A stretch of 20,321 bases of DNA, taken from contig JBHLLU010000064.1 of assembly GCA_048938895.1 (NCBI GenBank), forward strand, positions 1 through 20,321. The letters run 5' to 3'. Both the position numbers and the translations under genes were made by a program. The stretch is from Promethearchaeota archaeon (lineage in GTDB: Archaea; Asgardarchaeota; Lokiarchaeia; Sigyniarchaeales; SOKP01). Of the stretch, positions 1-9,329 are shown piece by piece. Position 1 is the first letter of the stretch; every line of letters begins with the position of its first letter. The notes under the pieces are model-generated. The model worked only from the letters and a program-made list of their open reading frames with translations. It did no database searches and was not told the DNA's origin.

Positions 1-29
1 TTTTTATAGTTTTGACTTAATTTGTAAAA

Positions 30-1118
30 ATGATATCTCTTGGAATTGATCCTGGGTCGAAGAGTTGGGACTTCTTTGGATTGGAAGATAATAATACAAT
101 CCTAGATACCTCTTTACCCACAAAAGATTTGGTCGAGGACCCTCAAAAGGCAATTGATGTCATTAATTCTGTTAAAAATATAAATTTGATGGTTGCCCCT
201 TCTGGTTTTGGCCTTCCTATGAAAAATGTAAATGAATTAGATGAAAAAGATATTTTTTTTACATTATTGAAATTCAACCAAAAAGAAAAAAATCAAGTTC
301 TTGGTCTTGGAAAAGTATTAAGATTAATCAAAGCTCAACAAATTCCTGGTATTATTGTCCCAGGAGTCAAACATCTACCCACAGTTCCTAGATATCGGAA
401 AATTAATAAAGTTGATATGGGTACAGCTGATAAAATTTGCACCTCAGTCACAGGAATCAGAGATCAAATGGAAAGATTAAATCTTCCTCCCGAAAAAGTA
501 AATTTTATTATGGTTGAAATTGGTTATGGCTTTACTGCAGTACTCGCAATTGAAAATGGGCAGATAATTGATGGTATTGGAGGATCAAACATACTTGGTT
601 TCAGAGCAAGTGGTTCTCTTGATGGAGAACTAGCATATCTAATCAAGACAATTCATAAAAAAAATATATATAAAGGAGGTGTAGCCTATATTTCGGGTTA
701 TTCTGATTTAAGTTTAAAGGAAATAACTCTTTTAGCTGAAAAGGATGAACAAACAAAAATTGCACTTAAAGCATATATTTCTAGTGTGAAAAAAGCAGTT
801 TTTGGAATTTCATCCTCATTTTCTAATAAAGACAAAATCACAGAGATTTTATTAGCTGGAAGGGGATCAAATTTATCATATTTAAAAGATAAAATGATAA
901 ATGGGTTAAGTAATGTCGCACCTGTTAGAATTATGAAATCTTATAGTCAAATTGCAAAACGGGCCGCTCAGGGTGCAGCCTTCATAGCCAATGGAATTCT
1001 TGGAGGAGAATTTGAACCAATTATTACAAATTTACAACTCAAAAATGCATCTGGTTCAATTTTAGATGATATATTTATTCCATTCGAAAAAGAAAAACTA
1101 TTACGTGATTTAAATTAA
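30..1118 (+). CDS. DUF1464-family protein (ASKHA/butyrate-kinase-like fold, predicted kinase)
   Basis: N-terminal phosphate-1 motif LGIDPGSKSWD; APSGFG; KVDMGTADK; phosphate-2 motif VEIGYGFTA; IIDGIGG; C-terminal AAQGAAFIANG. These are typical of archaeal DUF1464 proteins. Confidence 0.8.
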   Translation: MISLGIDPGSKSWDFFGLEDNNTILDTSLPTKDLVEDPQKAIDVINSVKNINLMVAPSGFGLPMKNVNELDEKDIFFTLLKFNQKEKNQVLGLGKVLRLIKAQQIPGIIVPGVKHLPTVPRYRKINKVDMGTADKICTSVTGIRDQMERLNLPPEKVNFIMVEIGYGFTAVLAIENGQIIDGIGGSNILGFRASGSLDGELAYLIKTIHKKNIYKGGVAYISGYSDLSLKEITLLAEKDEQTKIALKAYISSVKKAVFGISSSFSNKDKITEILLAGRGSNLSYLKDKMINGLSNVAPVRIMKSYSQIAKRAAQGAAFIANGILGGEFEPIITNLQLKNASGSILDDIFIPFEKEKLLRDLN

Positions 1119-2685
1119 AATTTTAATAGTAACTGGTCAGTCTAGTTATCAGATAATAGAAAAGATCATTAAATCAATTTCAAAACATAAAATTAGTGTT
1201 ATAAAAGCACCTGTAACTATTTCAGCGTTCTTAACAGAGAATATTACATCCCAAATTTTAGAAAAAATAATAATATCTAATTATGACTTAATTTTACTTC
1301 CTGGATTCGTGCAATGGGATACTTCTAAGATAGAAGAAAAATTTTCTATACAAATTAGAAAAGGACCAGAATTTGCCTCTGATTTACCTGAAATTCTAAA
1401 TAATTTGGATGAAACTGAATTATCTACTAGTATTCCGGCAAATAAATTATTTGAAGAATCAGGTGAAAATATATATCACCAACTTTTAAAAAAACAAATT
1501 GAAAAAGCAAAAAATGAGATTTGTCACCACACCTTCTATTTGAGGGAGGATAAATCAGATTTAATTATCGGTAAAAATTTACCTCCCCCAATAATCGCTG
1601 AGATTGTGAATTGTCCGGAAAAATCTAATCCAAAAATCCTTAACAAAGCTAAGCATTACATTGAATCTGGAGCTAAAATTATAGATATTGGATGTGTTTC
1701 TAATAAACCAGATCCGGGACGAGTTAAAGAAATAATTAGTTTAATTCGATCTGAATATGATGTTTTAGTAAGTATTGATTCGATGGATCAGAAGGAACTT
1801 AAAGCTGCAGTAGATGAAGATATTGACCTTATCCTTAGCCTAGATATGGGATGCTATAAAGAATTCTTGGATCTTCCCAAAGACATTCCTATTGTAATCC
1901 TACCAACTAACCTAAAGAATGCCTATTTTCCAAAAGAACCTGAAGTCCGTGTTAAGAATTTGTTTAATCTGACAAAAGAATTACAGAAGAATGGATTTCA
2001 GAAAATTATCGCCGATCCATTACTAGAGACACCTATTACTCCAGGAATATGTAATTCCTTAAATTCTTATTTCCTTTATAAAAAACAAATTAAACTTGAA
2101 AAGAATAAAGGTTTGGAAGTTCCCCTATTTTTTGGAATCTCAAACGTTGTTGAACTTATGGATATAGATTCTGTAGGAATAAACGGCCTTTTAGCTAGTA
2201 TAGCAGCAGAATTAGATATTAGTATTTTATTTACTGTTGAACACAGTCCTAAATTATTTGGTGGGGTGCGGGAATTGAAAGATAGTATAAAACTTAACTA
2301 TTTAGCAAAATACAAAAACACCCCCCCGATAAATCAAGGATTATCATTATTTAAGGCGAAAGGTAAAGTCAATCAAAAAATACCTTCAATAAAGGAGAAT
2401 AATGCAATCATTGTAGATGATCTAATTCCTGATTATCAACCTGATGAAAAAGGGTATTTTAGAATTTTTTTGAACCAAATTCAAAGAAAGATTTATGTTC
2501 TATTCTATTCAAATAAAGACATCTTGCTTCATGCTTATAGTGGAGAAAATGCTGAAGCCCTCAGTAAAGAAATAATAAAGCAGGAAATATCAGATGATTT
2601 ATATCATCTAAATTATTTAGGAAGAGAACTGAAGAAAGCTGAAATATGCCTACTCCTTGGAAAACCTTATATTCAGGATGAATAA
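1114..2685 (+). CDS. Dihydropteroate synthase-like protein (MJ0107/TIGR00284-type) with C-terminal DUF4346-like domain; true start probably ATT at 1114, not GTG at 1309
   Basis: The frame is open from 1114 (after TAA 1111-1113) and reads IKILIVTG...PVTISAFLT...YDLILLPG, the usual family N-terminus. Pterin-binding barrel motifs IIAEIVN, GAKIIDIG, VSIDS, IIADPLL and FFGISNVVELMDIDSVGIN follow. The C-terminus has DEKGYFRI...HLNYLGRELKKAE...YIQD. Confidence 0.8.
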   Translation: MKILIVTGQSSYQIIEKIIKSISKHKISVIKAPVTISAFLTENITSQILEKIIISNYDLILLPGFVQWDTSKIEEKFSIQIRKGPEFASDLPEILNNLDETELSTSIPANKLFEESGENIYHQLLKKQIEKAKNEICHHTFYLREDKSDLIIGKNLPPPIIAEIVNCPEKSNPKILNKAKHYIESGAKIIDIGCVSNKPDPGRVKEIISLIRSEYDVLVSIDSMDQKELKAAVDEDIDLILSLDMGCYKEFLDLPKDIPIVILPTNLKNAYFPKEPEVRVKNLFNLTKELQKNGFQKIIADPLLETPITPGICNSLNSYFLYKKQIKLEKNKGLEVPLFFGISNVVELMDIDSVGINGLLASIAAELDISILFTVEHSPKLFGGVRELKDSIKLNYLAKYKNTPPINQGLSLFKAKGKVNQKIPSIKENNAIIVDDLIPDYQPDEKGYFRIFLNQIQRKIYVLFYSNKDILLHAYSGENAEALSKEIIKQEISDDLYHLNYLGRELKKAEICLLLGKPYIQDE

Positions 2686-2704
2686 ATAAAAAAAATGTAA
2701 TAAT

Positions 2705-2992
2705 TTAAATTTCTTCAAGGGTTTGTATACCTGGTCTTTCTGGAACGCAAAAGGGCGTAAATTCAGCCATATTTTTGCCTAAATTAGCCCCATGTGCCTT
2801 GAAAGCAGCCTCGTCAGCATATTTTTCATAAAAAATAATAATGTTCGGATTTTCCTTCACAACATGAGGTTGGTACACTAATGTACCAGGTTCTTGCTCT
2901 TTGATCTTTAGAACAATTTTCTTTAAAGCTGCTTTTGCTTCCTCCATTTTACCTTCTTGTATTTTTACAGTTGCAATAATTGATATTGTCAT
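2705..2992 (-). CDS. ABM-domain (antibiotic biosynthesis monooxygenase / putative quinol monooxygenase) protein
   Basis: 95 aa with pattern IIATVKIQEGK...EPGTLVY...IIFYEKYADEAAFKAH; GGTG motif just upstream of the ATG. Confidence 0.85.
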   Translation of the reverse strand: MTISIIATVKIQEGKMEEAKAALKKIVLKIKEQEPGTLVYQPHVVKENPNIIIFYEKYADEAAFKAHGANLGKNMAEFTPFCVPERPGIQTLEEI

Positions 2993-3089
2993 TATAACAC
3001 CATTTCTAATTTTTGATAAATTAGATTATTTATTAAAATGCTTTTACCTATAAAAAAAATTAGATTCATCATAAGATTTTAATTATTAA

Positions 3090-3264
3090 CTACACAAGAA
3101 ATTCCTGTGAATTTTTTGGAGATGGAATTCGCATCAGGTGTTCTAATGTCGGAGTAACATCAATTAATTTCACAGAAATATTCACCATCATAAAACTTGT
3201 GTATGAGATAGGGTATAGCTTGATCTATGCCGATTACTAAAAGTTTTTTAGGAACAGTTCCCAT
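3090..3264 (-). pseudogene. Remnant of an alkaline-phosphatase-superfamily (type I phosphodiesterase/NPP-like) gene with most of the interior deleted
   Basis: Not in the ORF track. ATG at 3264 reads MGTVPKKLLVIGIDQAIPYLIHKF, resembling the family's first strand and metal-binding Asp (LxIGxD), and stops at TGA 3162-3160. A shifted frame reads SVKLIDVTPTLEHLMRIPSPKNSQ to TAG at 3090, resembling the family's C-terminal 'lxDvxPTl..l.gip.P' motif. Confidence 0.65.
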
Positions 3265-3422
3265 ATATAATTCTCATCAATGATATAATTAATTAGTTAC
3301 TTTTAATACTGAATAATTCTAGGAGATAAATGCTTTAAATAAGACAATTATAAATTAAAAAAACTCATATTAGTAAATTATAATCAACCAAAAATGATCG
3401 GTATAGTAAAGGGGGATCAATA

Positions 3423-5285
3423 ATGATACCAAAGAAAATGGATATTTTTCTTAAAGAACGATTACCAGAAGCCACTCTAAAAACAAGACTCAAAAAGGAT
3501 AAAGGAAAATGTTTCTTGGAATTCAGTAAAGTAGATGAGCATCTACTATCTCGAATTGGAATCTATGCTGACAAATTAGGACCATATCTTGTTTCTTGTA
3601 TTTGGGATGAACAATCTCCTTTAGAAATTGGTGGATATCTAGTTGTGGATAATTTGAGTATGGGTAAACCGAGTATGGGTGGTATCAGAATGCTTCCTGA
3701 TATATTGCCTTCTGATATTCATAATTTAGCAAGGGGGATGACCCTAAAAAATGCAGCAGCTAATCTTCCATATGGAGGGGGGAAAGCAGGAATAGTGGCC
3801 GATCGAGAGCTCTCCCAAGATAATCATAATGAAGTAATCCGTAGTTTTGCACGTCTAATTAATAGATACAAAGATATTTATGTACCAGGACCAGATGTTG
3901 GTACAAATGATGCTGATATGAAAACAATAGCTATCGAAAATGGGCTGGATAGCGCAGTTTCTAAACCCGCTGATATGGGTGGAAATCGGATCGATGAACT
4001 TGGGGCCGCGGCGGGGGGAATCGTAATTGCACTTCAAACCTTATTAGAGATTCTACCAAGATTGAGAGTACTTACTCAATTTGCAAGCCTAGAAATTCCT
4101 GAAATAAAAGATTTGAAGGTTTTAATCCAAGGATTTGGTGCAGTCGGTGCTCATGCAGCACGTATTCTTAAGAAACGGATTCCAGAAGCAAGAGTAATTG
4201 GAATTAGTGATTTGGAGGGATATTTATACAATGAAGCAGGATTACCAGTAAGTGATCTTTTTAGTCTATGGCAAAAAAATCACCTTGTAACATATAATTA
4301 CTTCCAAAAAAACATCATCTCAGAAGGCTACAAACACCCAATTAAATTTTCGACCAATCGAAACAATTTACTTCTTGAAAGTGCTTTTTGTTTTATCCCT
4401 GCTGCCCCAATATTTAATTATTTAGGAGTTCGTCCTTCTGAATCTCCTACTACTACTGTTGATCGAATGGGAAAGTGGTCATTAATAGTAGAAGGTGCTA
4501 ATACATATAGCCCTGATCCTAACCGGAAAGCAGCCAGGACTAGGATGGAACAAATAGTGTATAGAGAAAGAGGTGTTATGATTGCTAACGATTATTTAGT
4601 CAATTCTGGTGGTGTTATTTTTGCTGCTCAAGAGCACATTATTAAAACTCCAGAACATCTTCAAGTACCCATAGAAATTCTAGGAGATCGTAACAAAGTA
4701 GATAAATGGTTAAATGATCATTCCAAAGAGTTTATAGAACTCTCAAAACAGAGATTAATAGCTGGAGAAGAATATAGGGAAGACGTAATACACCATAACA
4801 TGATTGAACATGTGGACCTTTTAGCAGCAAATCCAGATATGCTTCCTAGCACGGCAGCCGAAAGAATTAGTCTTCAACGTTTAACTGCAAAGGAAAGTGA
4901 ACGAACAGCAAAAGATATCATGATATCAATTCCAACAATTGATGTAAATAGTAATATTCAAGAAGCTGCTGAATTAATGATTAAAGAAAATAGTGGGATA
5001 ATAGCAGTACTTTCCGAAGAAAAACTTGTGGGGGTTATTACAGATTGGGATGTTACTGCTGCCGTAGCCTCAAATAGTTGTGATGCGATTATTGAAAGAA
5101 TAATGACAAAAGACGTAATTACAGCTGCCCCCGATTTTTCTATTGTAGACATAGTCCGAGAATTAGAACAGTTTCAGATTTCTGCAATGCCGGTAGTAGA
5201 AGATGGAAAAGTTTTAGGAATGGTTAATACTGATTTAATAGCTCAACGCTATTTCTTAGAATATCTACAAACTCGTCAATCATAA
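3423..5285 (+). CDS. Glu/Leu/Phe/Val dehydrogenase-family protein fused to a C-terminal CBS pair
   Basis: GGIR, MTLKNA, catalytic GGGKAG, VPGPDVGT, Rossmann IQGFGAVG, VEGAN and DYLVNSGGVI. Two CBS motifs follow from about 4905 (TAKDIM..LVGVITDWD; IMTKDVIT..MPVVEDGKVLGMV). GGGGGA upstream of the start. Confidence 0.9.
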   Translation: MIPKKMDIFLKERLPEATLKTRLKKDKGKCFLEFSKVDEHLLSRIGIYADKLGPYLVSCIWDEQSPLEIGGYLVVDNLSMGKPSMGGIRMLPDILPSDIHNLARGMTLKNAAANLPYGGGKAGIVADRELSQDNHNEVIRSFARLINRYKDIYVPGPDVGTNDADMKTIAIENGLDSAVSKPADMGGNRIDELGAAAGGIVIALQTLLEILPRLRVLTQFASLEIPEIKDLKVLIQGFGAVGAHAARILKKRIPEARVIGISDLEGYLYNEAGLPVSDLFSLWQKNHLVTYNYFQKNIISEGYKHPIKFSTNRNNLLLESAFCFIPAAPIFNYLGVRPSESPTTTVDRMGKWSLIVEGANTYSPDPNRKAARTRMEQIVYRERGVMIANDYLVNSGGVIFAAQEHIIKTPEHLQVPIEILGDRNKVDKWLNDHSKEFIELSKQRLIAGEEYREDVIHHNMIEHVDLLAANPDMLPSTAAERISLQRLTAKESERTAKDIMISIPTIDVNSNIQEAAELMIKENSGIIAVLSEEKLVGVITDWDVTAAVASNSCDAIIERIMTKDVITAAPDFSIVDIVRELEQFQISAMPVVEDGKVLGMVNTDLIAQRYFLEYLQTRQS

Positions 5286-6409
5286 TATTTTCTGATATTA
5301 TATAAGGTGTCTCTTTGTGCCGCACGTTTTCCTGCAGTTTTTATGATTGCTATTATCTCTTCCGGAGGAAGATATTCACCAAAATCTGCTCCTGCACTCT
5401 TAGATATGTTCTCTTCAATTAATGTTCCTCCAAAATCGTTTACGCCATAATTTAGAGAGACTTGAGCCAATTTGGGACCTAATTTTGGCCAAGAACATTG
5501 TAAATTATCAATATAATTATTTAGAAATATCCTTGAAACACAGAATAACTTTAAATCTGCCATTCCATAATTTGGGTTTAAAGGATGTGCTTCTAATCTC
5601 GATAACATCGGTTTTTCTTTTACAAAAGGTAAAGGTACTAATTCTGTGAATCCTCTCGTCTCTTTTTGAATTTCTCTTAGAATATTTAAATGCTTTATTC
5701 TATCATTATTCGTTTCAATATGTCCATACATGATTGTTGATGTTGTCGGGATTCTTAAATTATGCGCTGTGGTGATAATATTAATCCACTGTTGAGTAGA
5801 TACCTTGTTGGGGCATATAATTTTTCTGACATCATCAACTAAAATTTCTGCCGCAGTACCAGGGATTGAATCTAATCCTGCCTTTTTTAATTCTTTCAAG
5901 GTTGTCTCGATTGAATTACCGTATAATTTTGACATGAAAAAGATTTCTTGAGGTGAAAACGCATGAGTATGCAAATTTTTATCAACCTCTTTAACCATTT
6001 TAAGAATATCTAAATAAAAATCAAACCTGAGTTCAGGATTTATCCCTCCCTGAATACATACCTCTGTACAGTTTAAATTTTTTGCTTCAATAGTCCGCTC
6101 TTTAATTTCATCCAATGTAAATAAGAACGCATCTTCATGATTAGCTGGTAGACTAAATGAACAGAATTTACAACCTTGAAAGCATATATTTGTGAAGTTA
6201 ATATTGCGATTAATTACAAAGGTTACAATATTCTCTTTTTTATCTAGGCAAAGCTCATTTGCTGTATATTGTAGCACTAAAAATTCTTTTCCCTGAACAC
6301 CTAGTAGTTTTAAAGCCTCATCAGGGGTGATCTCAATATTATTTAATGCCTTCTTTAAAATTGCCTTTGTTTCTCTTTCTATGTGATTAAAAATATCAGT
6401 ATCCATCAT
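5276..6409 (-). CDS. cofH: FO synthase subunit CofH (radical SAM)
   Basis: VTFVINRNINFTNICFQGCKFC (CxxxCxxC), EVCIQGG, HAFSPQEI, GLDSIPGTAAEIL, TTSTIMYGHIE, GVNDFGGTLIEENISKSAGA; adjacent to cofG. Confidence 0.93.
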   Translation of the reverse strand: MMDTDIFNHIERETKAILKKALNNIEITPDEALKLLGVQGKEFLVLQYTANELCLDKKENIVTFVINRNINFTNICFQGCKFCSFSLPANHEDAFLFTLDEIKERTIEAKNLNCTEVCIQGGINPELRFDFYLDILKMVKEVDKNLHTHAFSPQEIFFMSKLYGNSIETTLKELKKAGLDSIPGTAAEILVDDVRKIICPNKVSTQQWINIITTAHNLRIPTTSTIMYGHIETNNDRIKHLNILREIQKETRGFTELVPLPFVKEKPMLSRLEAHPLNPNYGMADLKLFCVSRIFLNNYIDNLQCSWPKLGPKLAQVSLNYGVNDFGGTLIEENISKSAGADFGEYLPPEEIIAIIKTAGKRAAQRDTLYNIRKYYD

Positions 6410-7505
6410 TATTTATATTATCTATGACTTTTTTAATACTTTCTGAGCAGAAACCACTTCTCGATATAAATTTTTCATAAATTGGAAGTCTTTCCTTGAG
6501 GAGATAACCATTAGAGCTGCAAATTTTGCTTAACTCATCGATGTAAGGCCATGGGTTCTCTGGATTTACATAATCCAAAGTAAATGGTGAAATTCCCCCA
6601 AAATCATCAATCCCCATTTCAATAAATTCCTTTTCATATCCGGATATTAAATTTGGAGGTACCTGAATAGCAATATTATTTTCAAATATTATTCTCGCAA
6701 TTCCAACGATTCTTAGAATCTCATCAAAACTGATTTTTTTTTTTGGTTGGTAGGGAATTCCGGGTTTATTTACAAAATTCTGAATAATTATCTCTTGAAT
6801 ATGACCATAAGTATCATGAATATTTTTAATTAAAAATAAATCTTTTATTCTATCGTTTATAGATTCTCCTATTCCTAAAAGGAGACCTGTAGTAAAAGGG
6901 ATCTTCAACTTTCCTGCATTTTGAATATGTTCTATACGCTTTTCAGGGATTTTTCCAGGCGATTGCTCATGTACACCTCCCTTCTCATATAATTTCATAC
7001 TTGTGCTCTCGAGCATAAGCCCCATACTGGCATTGTAGCTCTTTAATTGTTTCAGTTCATTAAAAGTAAGGATTCCAATATTTGTGTGAGGTAATAAGTT
7101 CAACTTCAACAAATTACTAGAAATTTCACTCACAAATTTAATGAAATTAGTATACTCTCTCTTTTTTAATTCGTTTCTAACATTTTCAAAGACCTCAACT
7201 TTTTCCCCTGACATAATTAATGTTTCTTTACAGTTATAATCAATACCCTTCTGAATTATTTCTTCCATCTTTTCTTTTTCAAGTAAAACGACATTTTGCT
7301 CCATCCCTAACTTGGGAATTCTATGGTTATAGAAACAATATCCGCAGAAATTTTGACAATAATTTGAGAGAGATAATGTAAAATTTTTAGAATACGTGAT
7401 TAAATAACGTTCTTCTTTTGGTAATTCAGATTTAATCTCTCTGACATTCTCCCTTAGTTTTCTAAGAGGACTTTTTTTGAAATAATCTATATTTTTTTGA
7501 ATCAT
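6396..7505 (-). CDS. cofG: FO synthase subunit CofG (radical SAM)
   Basis: ITYSKNFTLSLSNYCQNFCGYC, LLPHTNIG, NASMGLMLE, IPFTTGLLLGIGE, GHIQEIIIQNF, IQVPPNL, DDFGGISPFTLDYVNPENPWP. Confidence 0.93.
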   Translation of the reverse strand: MIQKNIDYFKKSPLRKLRENVREIKSELPKEERYLITYSKNFTLSLSNYCQNFCGYCFYNHRIPKLGMEQNVVLLEKEKMEEIIQKGIDYNCKETLIMSGEKVEVFENVRNELKKREYTNFIKFVSEISSNLLKLNLLPHTNIGILTFNELKQLKSYNASMGLMLESTSMKLYEKGGVHEQSPGKIPEKRIEHIQNAGKLKIPFTTGLLLGIGESINDRIKDLFLIKNIHDTYGHIQEIIIQNFVNKPGIPYQPKKKISFDEILRIVGIARIIFENNIAIQVPPNLISGYEKEFIEMGIDDFGGISPFTLDYVNPENPWPYIDELSKICSSNGYLLKERLPIYEKFISRSGFCSESIKKVIDNINNDGY

Positions 7506-8173
7506 AACATATTCCGTTTATATTTTAGCATAACATAATTATTTCGGCAGCTTAAATTAATTAGATCATATTTAGTGGCCTCACTCATAGTATCAAAACC
7601 GAAACCCTCAACCAAACTGATTGCTTCTTTACCACCAACAATCCAAGGCGCAACTGTTAACCTAATTTCATCTACTAAATCCTCTTTAATGAAAGTCCAG
7701 TTTAAATTCCCCCCTCCTTCAAGTATAATTGATTTTATTCCAGATTTTTTTAGGAGTGGCATAAGATTTCGCAGATCGACACGTTCTCCTTTTCCTGATT
7801 GAATTATTTTTATATTATGGCTCTCAAATTTCTTTATTTTACTAACTGGAACATTTTCTGTTGTACAGATGATTGTAGGGTAAATTTCTGGTTGGTATGA
7901 TATAACATTTGATTCTATTGGGATTGATAACTTACTATCAACAACAATTCGAAAATATCCATTATGTTCAAAAAATTTTATGTGTAATTTTGGATTATCA
8001 TTTAGAACTGTATCCTTTCCAACCATAATAGCATCTACTTGGCTGCGTAGTTTATGAACTTCCCTCCAATCTTCTTCATCCGAAAGCTCAGAATCACCGG
8101 ATTTTGAAGCAATTTTCCCATCAATTGTCATAGCCGCACTTAATATTACATAAGGTTTTTTATATTCTTTCAA
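7502..8173 (-). CDS. arfC: 2,5-diamino-6-ribosylamino-4(3H)-pyrimidinone 5'-phosphate reductase (RibD-C/Rib7/ArfC type, no deaminase domain)
   Basis: PYVILSAAMTIDGKIA, VHKLRSQVDAIMVG, DNPKL, RIVVDS, ILEGGGNLN, LVDEIRLTVAP; ATGA overlap with cofG. Confidence 0.88.
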   Translation of the reverse strand: MKEYKKPYVILSAAMTIDGKIASKSGDSELSDEEDWREVHKLRSQVDAIMVGKDTVLNDNPKLHIKFFEHNGYFRIVVDSKLSIPIESNVISYQPEIYPTIICTTENVPVSKIKKFESHNIKIIQSGKGERVDLRNLMPLLKKSGIKSIILEGGGNLNWTFIKEDLVDEIRLTVAPWIVGGKEAISLVEGFGFDTMSEATKYDLINLSCRNNYVMLKYKRNML

Positions 8174-9329
8174 ACACTACTTCTCCTTTTATATAAGTCT
8201 TTTTTATATTCTCTGATTTTAATCTTTGTACAATAACATCATAAATATTGGAATTGTTTAAGTTTTTAGTATAAAAATTTGGGTCATTCAGGTCAACAAG
8301 AAAGAAATCTGCCATTTTTCCCTCAGAGATTGATCCCATTTTATTTTCTAGCCTAAAGTTTTTAGCTGCATTAATGGTAACCATTCTTAAGAGCGCTTTT
8401 GAGGTTAATTGTATTGTTTTGTCATAACTTCCTAATACTCTAAAAATTCGGTATATATAGCGCATTTCTTCAAAAAGATCCGAATTATTGGTCATTAGAT
8501 TATCCGTTCCTAAGGATACAGGAATTCCAAGTTTTAGTATTTCCGTTATAGGTGGAAATCCCACACCAAAATATCCATTTGAACGAGGGCATAAAACTAA
8601 TGCCTTCTCCTCCTTTTGTATTTGTACTAAATCGCTTTTAGTTAATTTTGTTCCGTGAATGATAATATCGACCAAATTATCTTTGAAGAGACTCTCTAAT
8701 ATTTTAGAATCGCGAATGTTCTCAGCACAATGACATGCTATCATCTTTTCAAAATCTAATTTTGATTTTGCAATATAATTTTTATTATTCATTGAAATCT
8801 GATCATAACTTGCTAGCCCCACACCATCCGCTAGCTCAAATATTAAACCTATTTCACTCTCATCCATAAACCTCCCATATATTCGACAATTAATTGGTGT
8901 TTTTTCTAAAATTTTCCTTAGAAGGCTTACACCTTCAATTCCTCCTTCTCTAAAATCTATAAAACAGGTAATCCCACTCGAAAACATTTCTAAAATTGCT
9001 TTCTCTATGCCAAATCTAATGATTTCCTGTGAGGTTTGTCTTAACAACTGATGTTTTAGACCAAATGGTGGAGCAACAATTTCATTTAATTCTTTATTAA
9101 TTCCAATCTCTTTAGCAAAACTATCACCAATATGAACATGAGAATTTATCAAACCAGGAATTAATAACGTAGATTGGTCAATTTTTAATGGTTGAAGGTT
9201 TTCTTCAGGATTTTCATATGAAATCTTATTAATTTTACCTTCCTTATCAATTTCTATAAATACATTCTTCGCTAAATCTAGATCATCCCCAATTAATGCA
9301 TAGGGACTATGGACTATTGTTTCATGCAT
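8160..9329 (-). CDS. Metal-dependent amidohydrolase (TIM-barrel, deaminase-like)
   Basis: PGLINSHVHIGD (HxH), DFREGG, CHCAE, IIHGT, LCPRSN, LGTDN, TINAA, GSISEGKMADF; first gene of an overlapping operon with arfC-cofG-cofH. Confidence 0.85.
   Translation of the reverse strand: MHETIVHSPYALIGDDLDLAKNVFIEIDKEGKINKISYENPEENLQPLKIDQSTLLIPGLINSHVHIGDSFAKEIGINKELNEIVAPPFGLKHQLLRQTSQEIIRFGIEKAILEMFSSGITCFIDFREGGIEGVSLLRKILEKTPINCRIYGRFMDESEIGLIFELADGVGLASYDQISMNNKNYIAKSKLDFEKMIACHCAENIRDSKILESLFKDNLVDIIIHGTKLTKSDLVQIQKEEKALVLCPRSNGYFGVGFPPITEILKLGIPVSLGTDNLMTNNSDLFEEMRYIYRIFRVLGSYDKTIQLTSKALLRMVTINAAKNFRLENKMGSISEGKMADFFLVDLNDPNFYTKNLNNSNIYDVIVQRLKSENIKKTYIKGEVVFERI

Noticed and set aside
3079-3264. 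Possible selenoprotein by TGA read-through (..CEIN-TGA-C..)
   Set aside because: The alternative frame after the junction matches a phosphodiesterase C-terminal motif, and I saw no convincing SECIS-like hairpin. A deletion remnant is the simpler explanation.
5276-5285. 10-bp convergent overlap of the dehydrogenase and cofH 3' ends
   Set aside because: Common in compact archaeal genomes; no evidence of a function.
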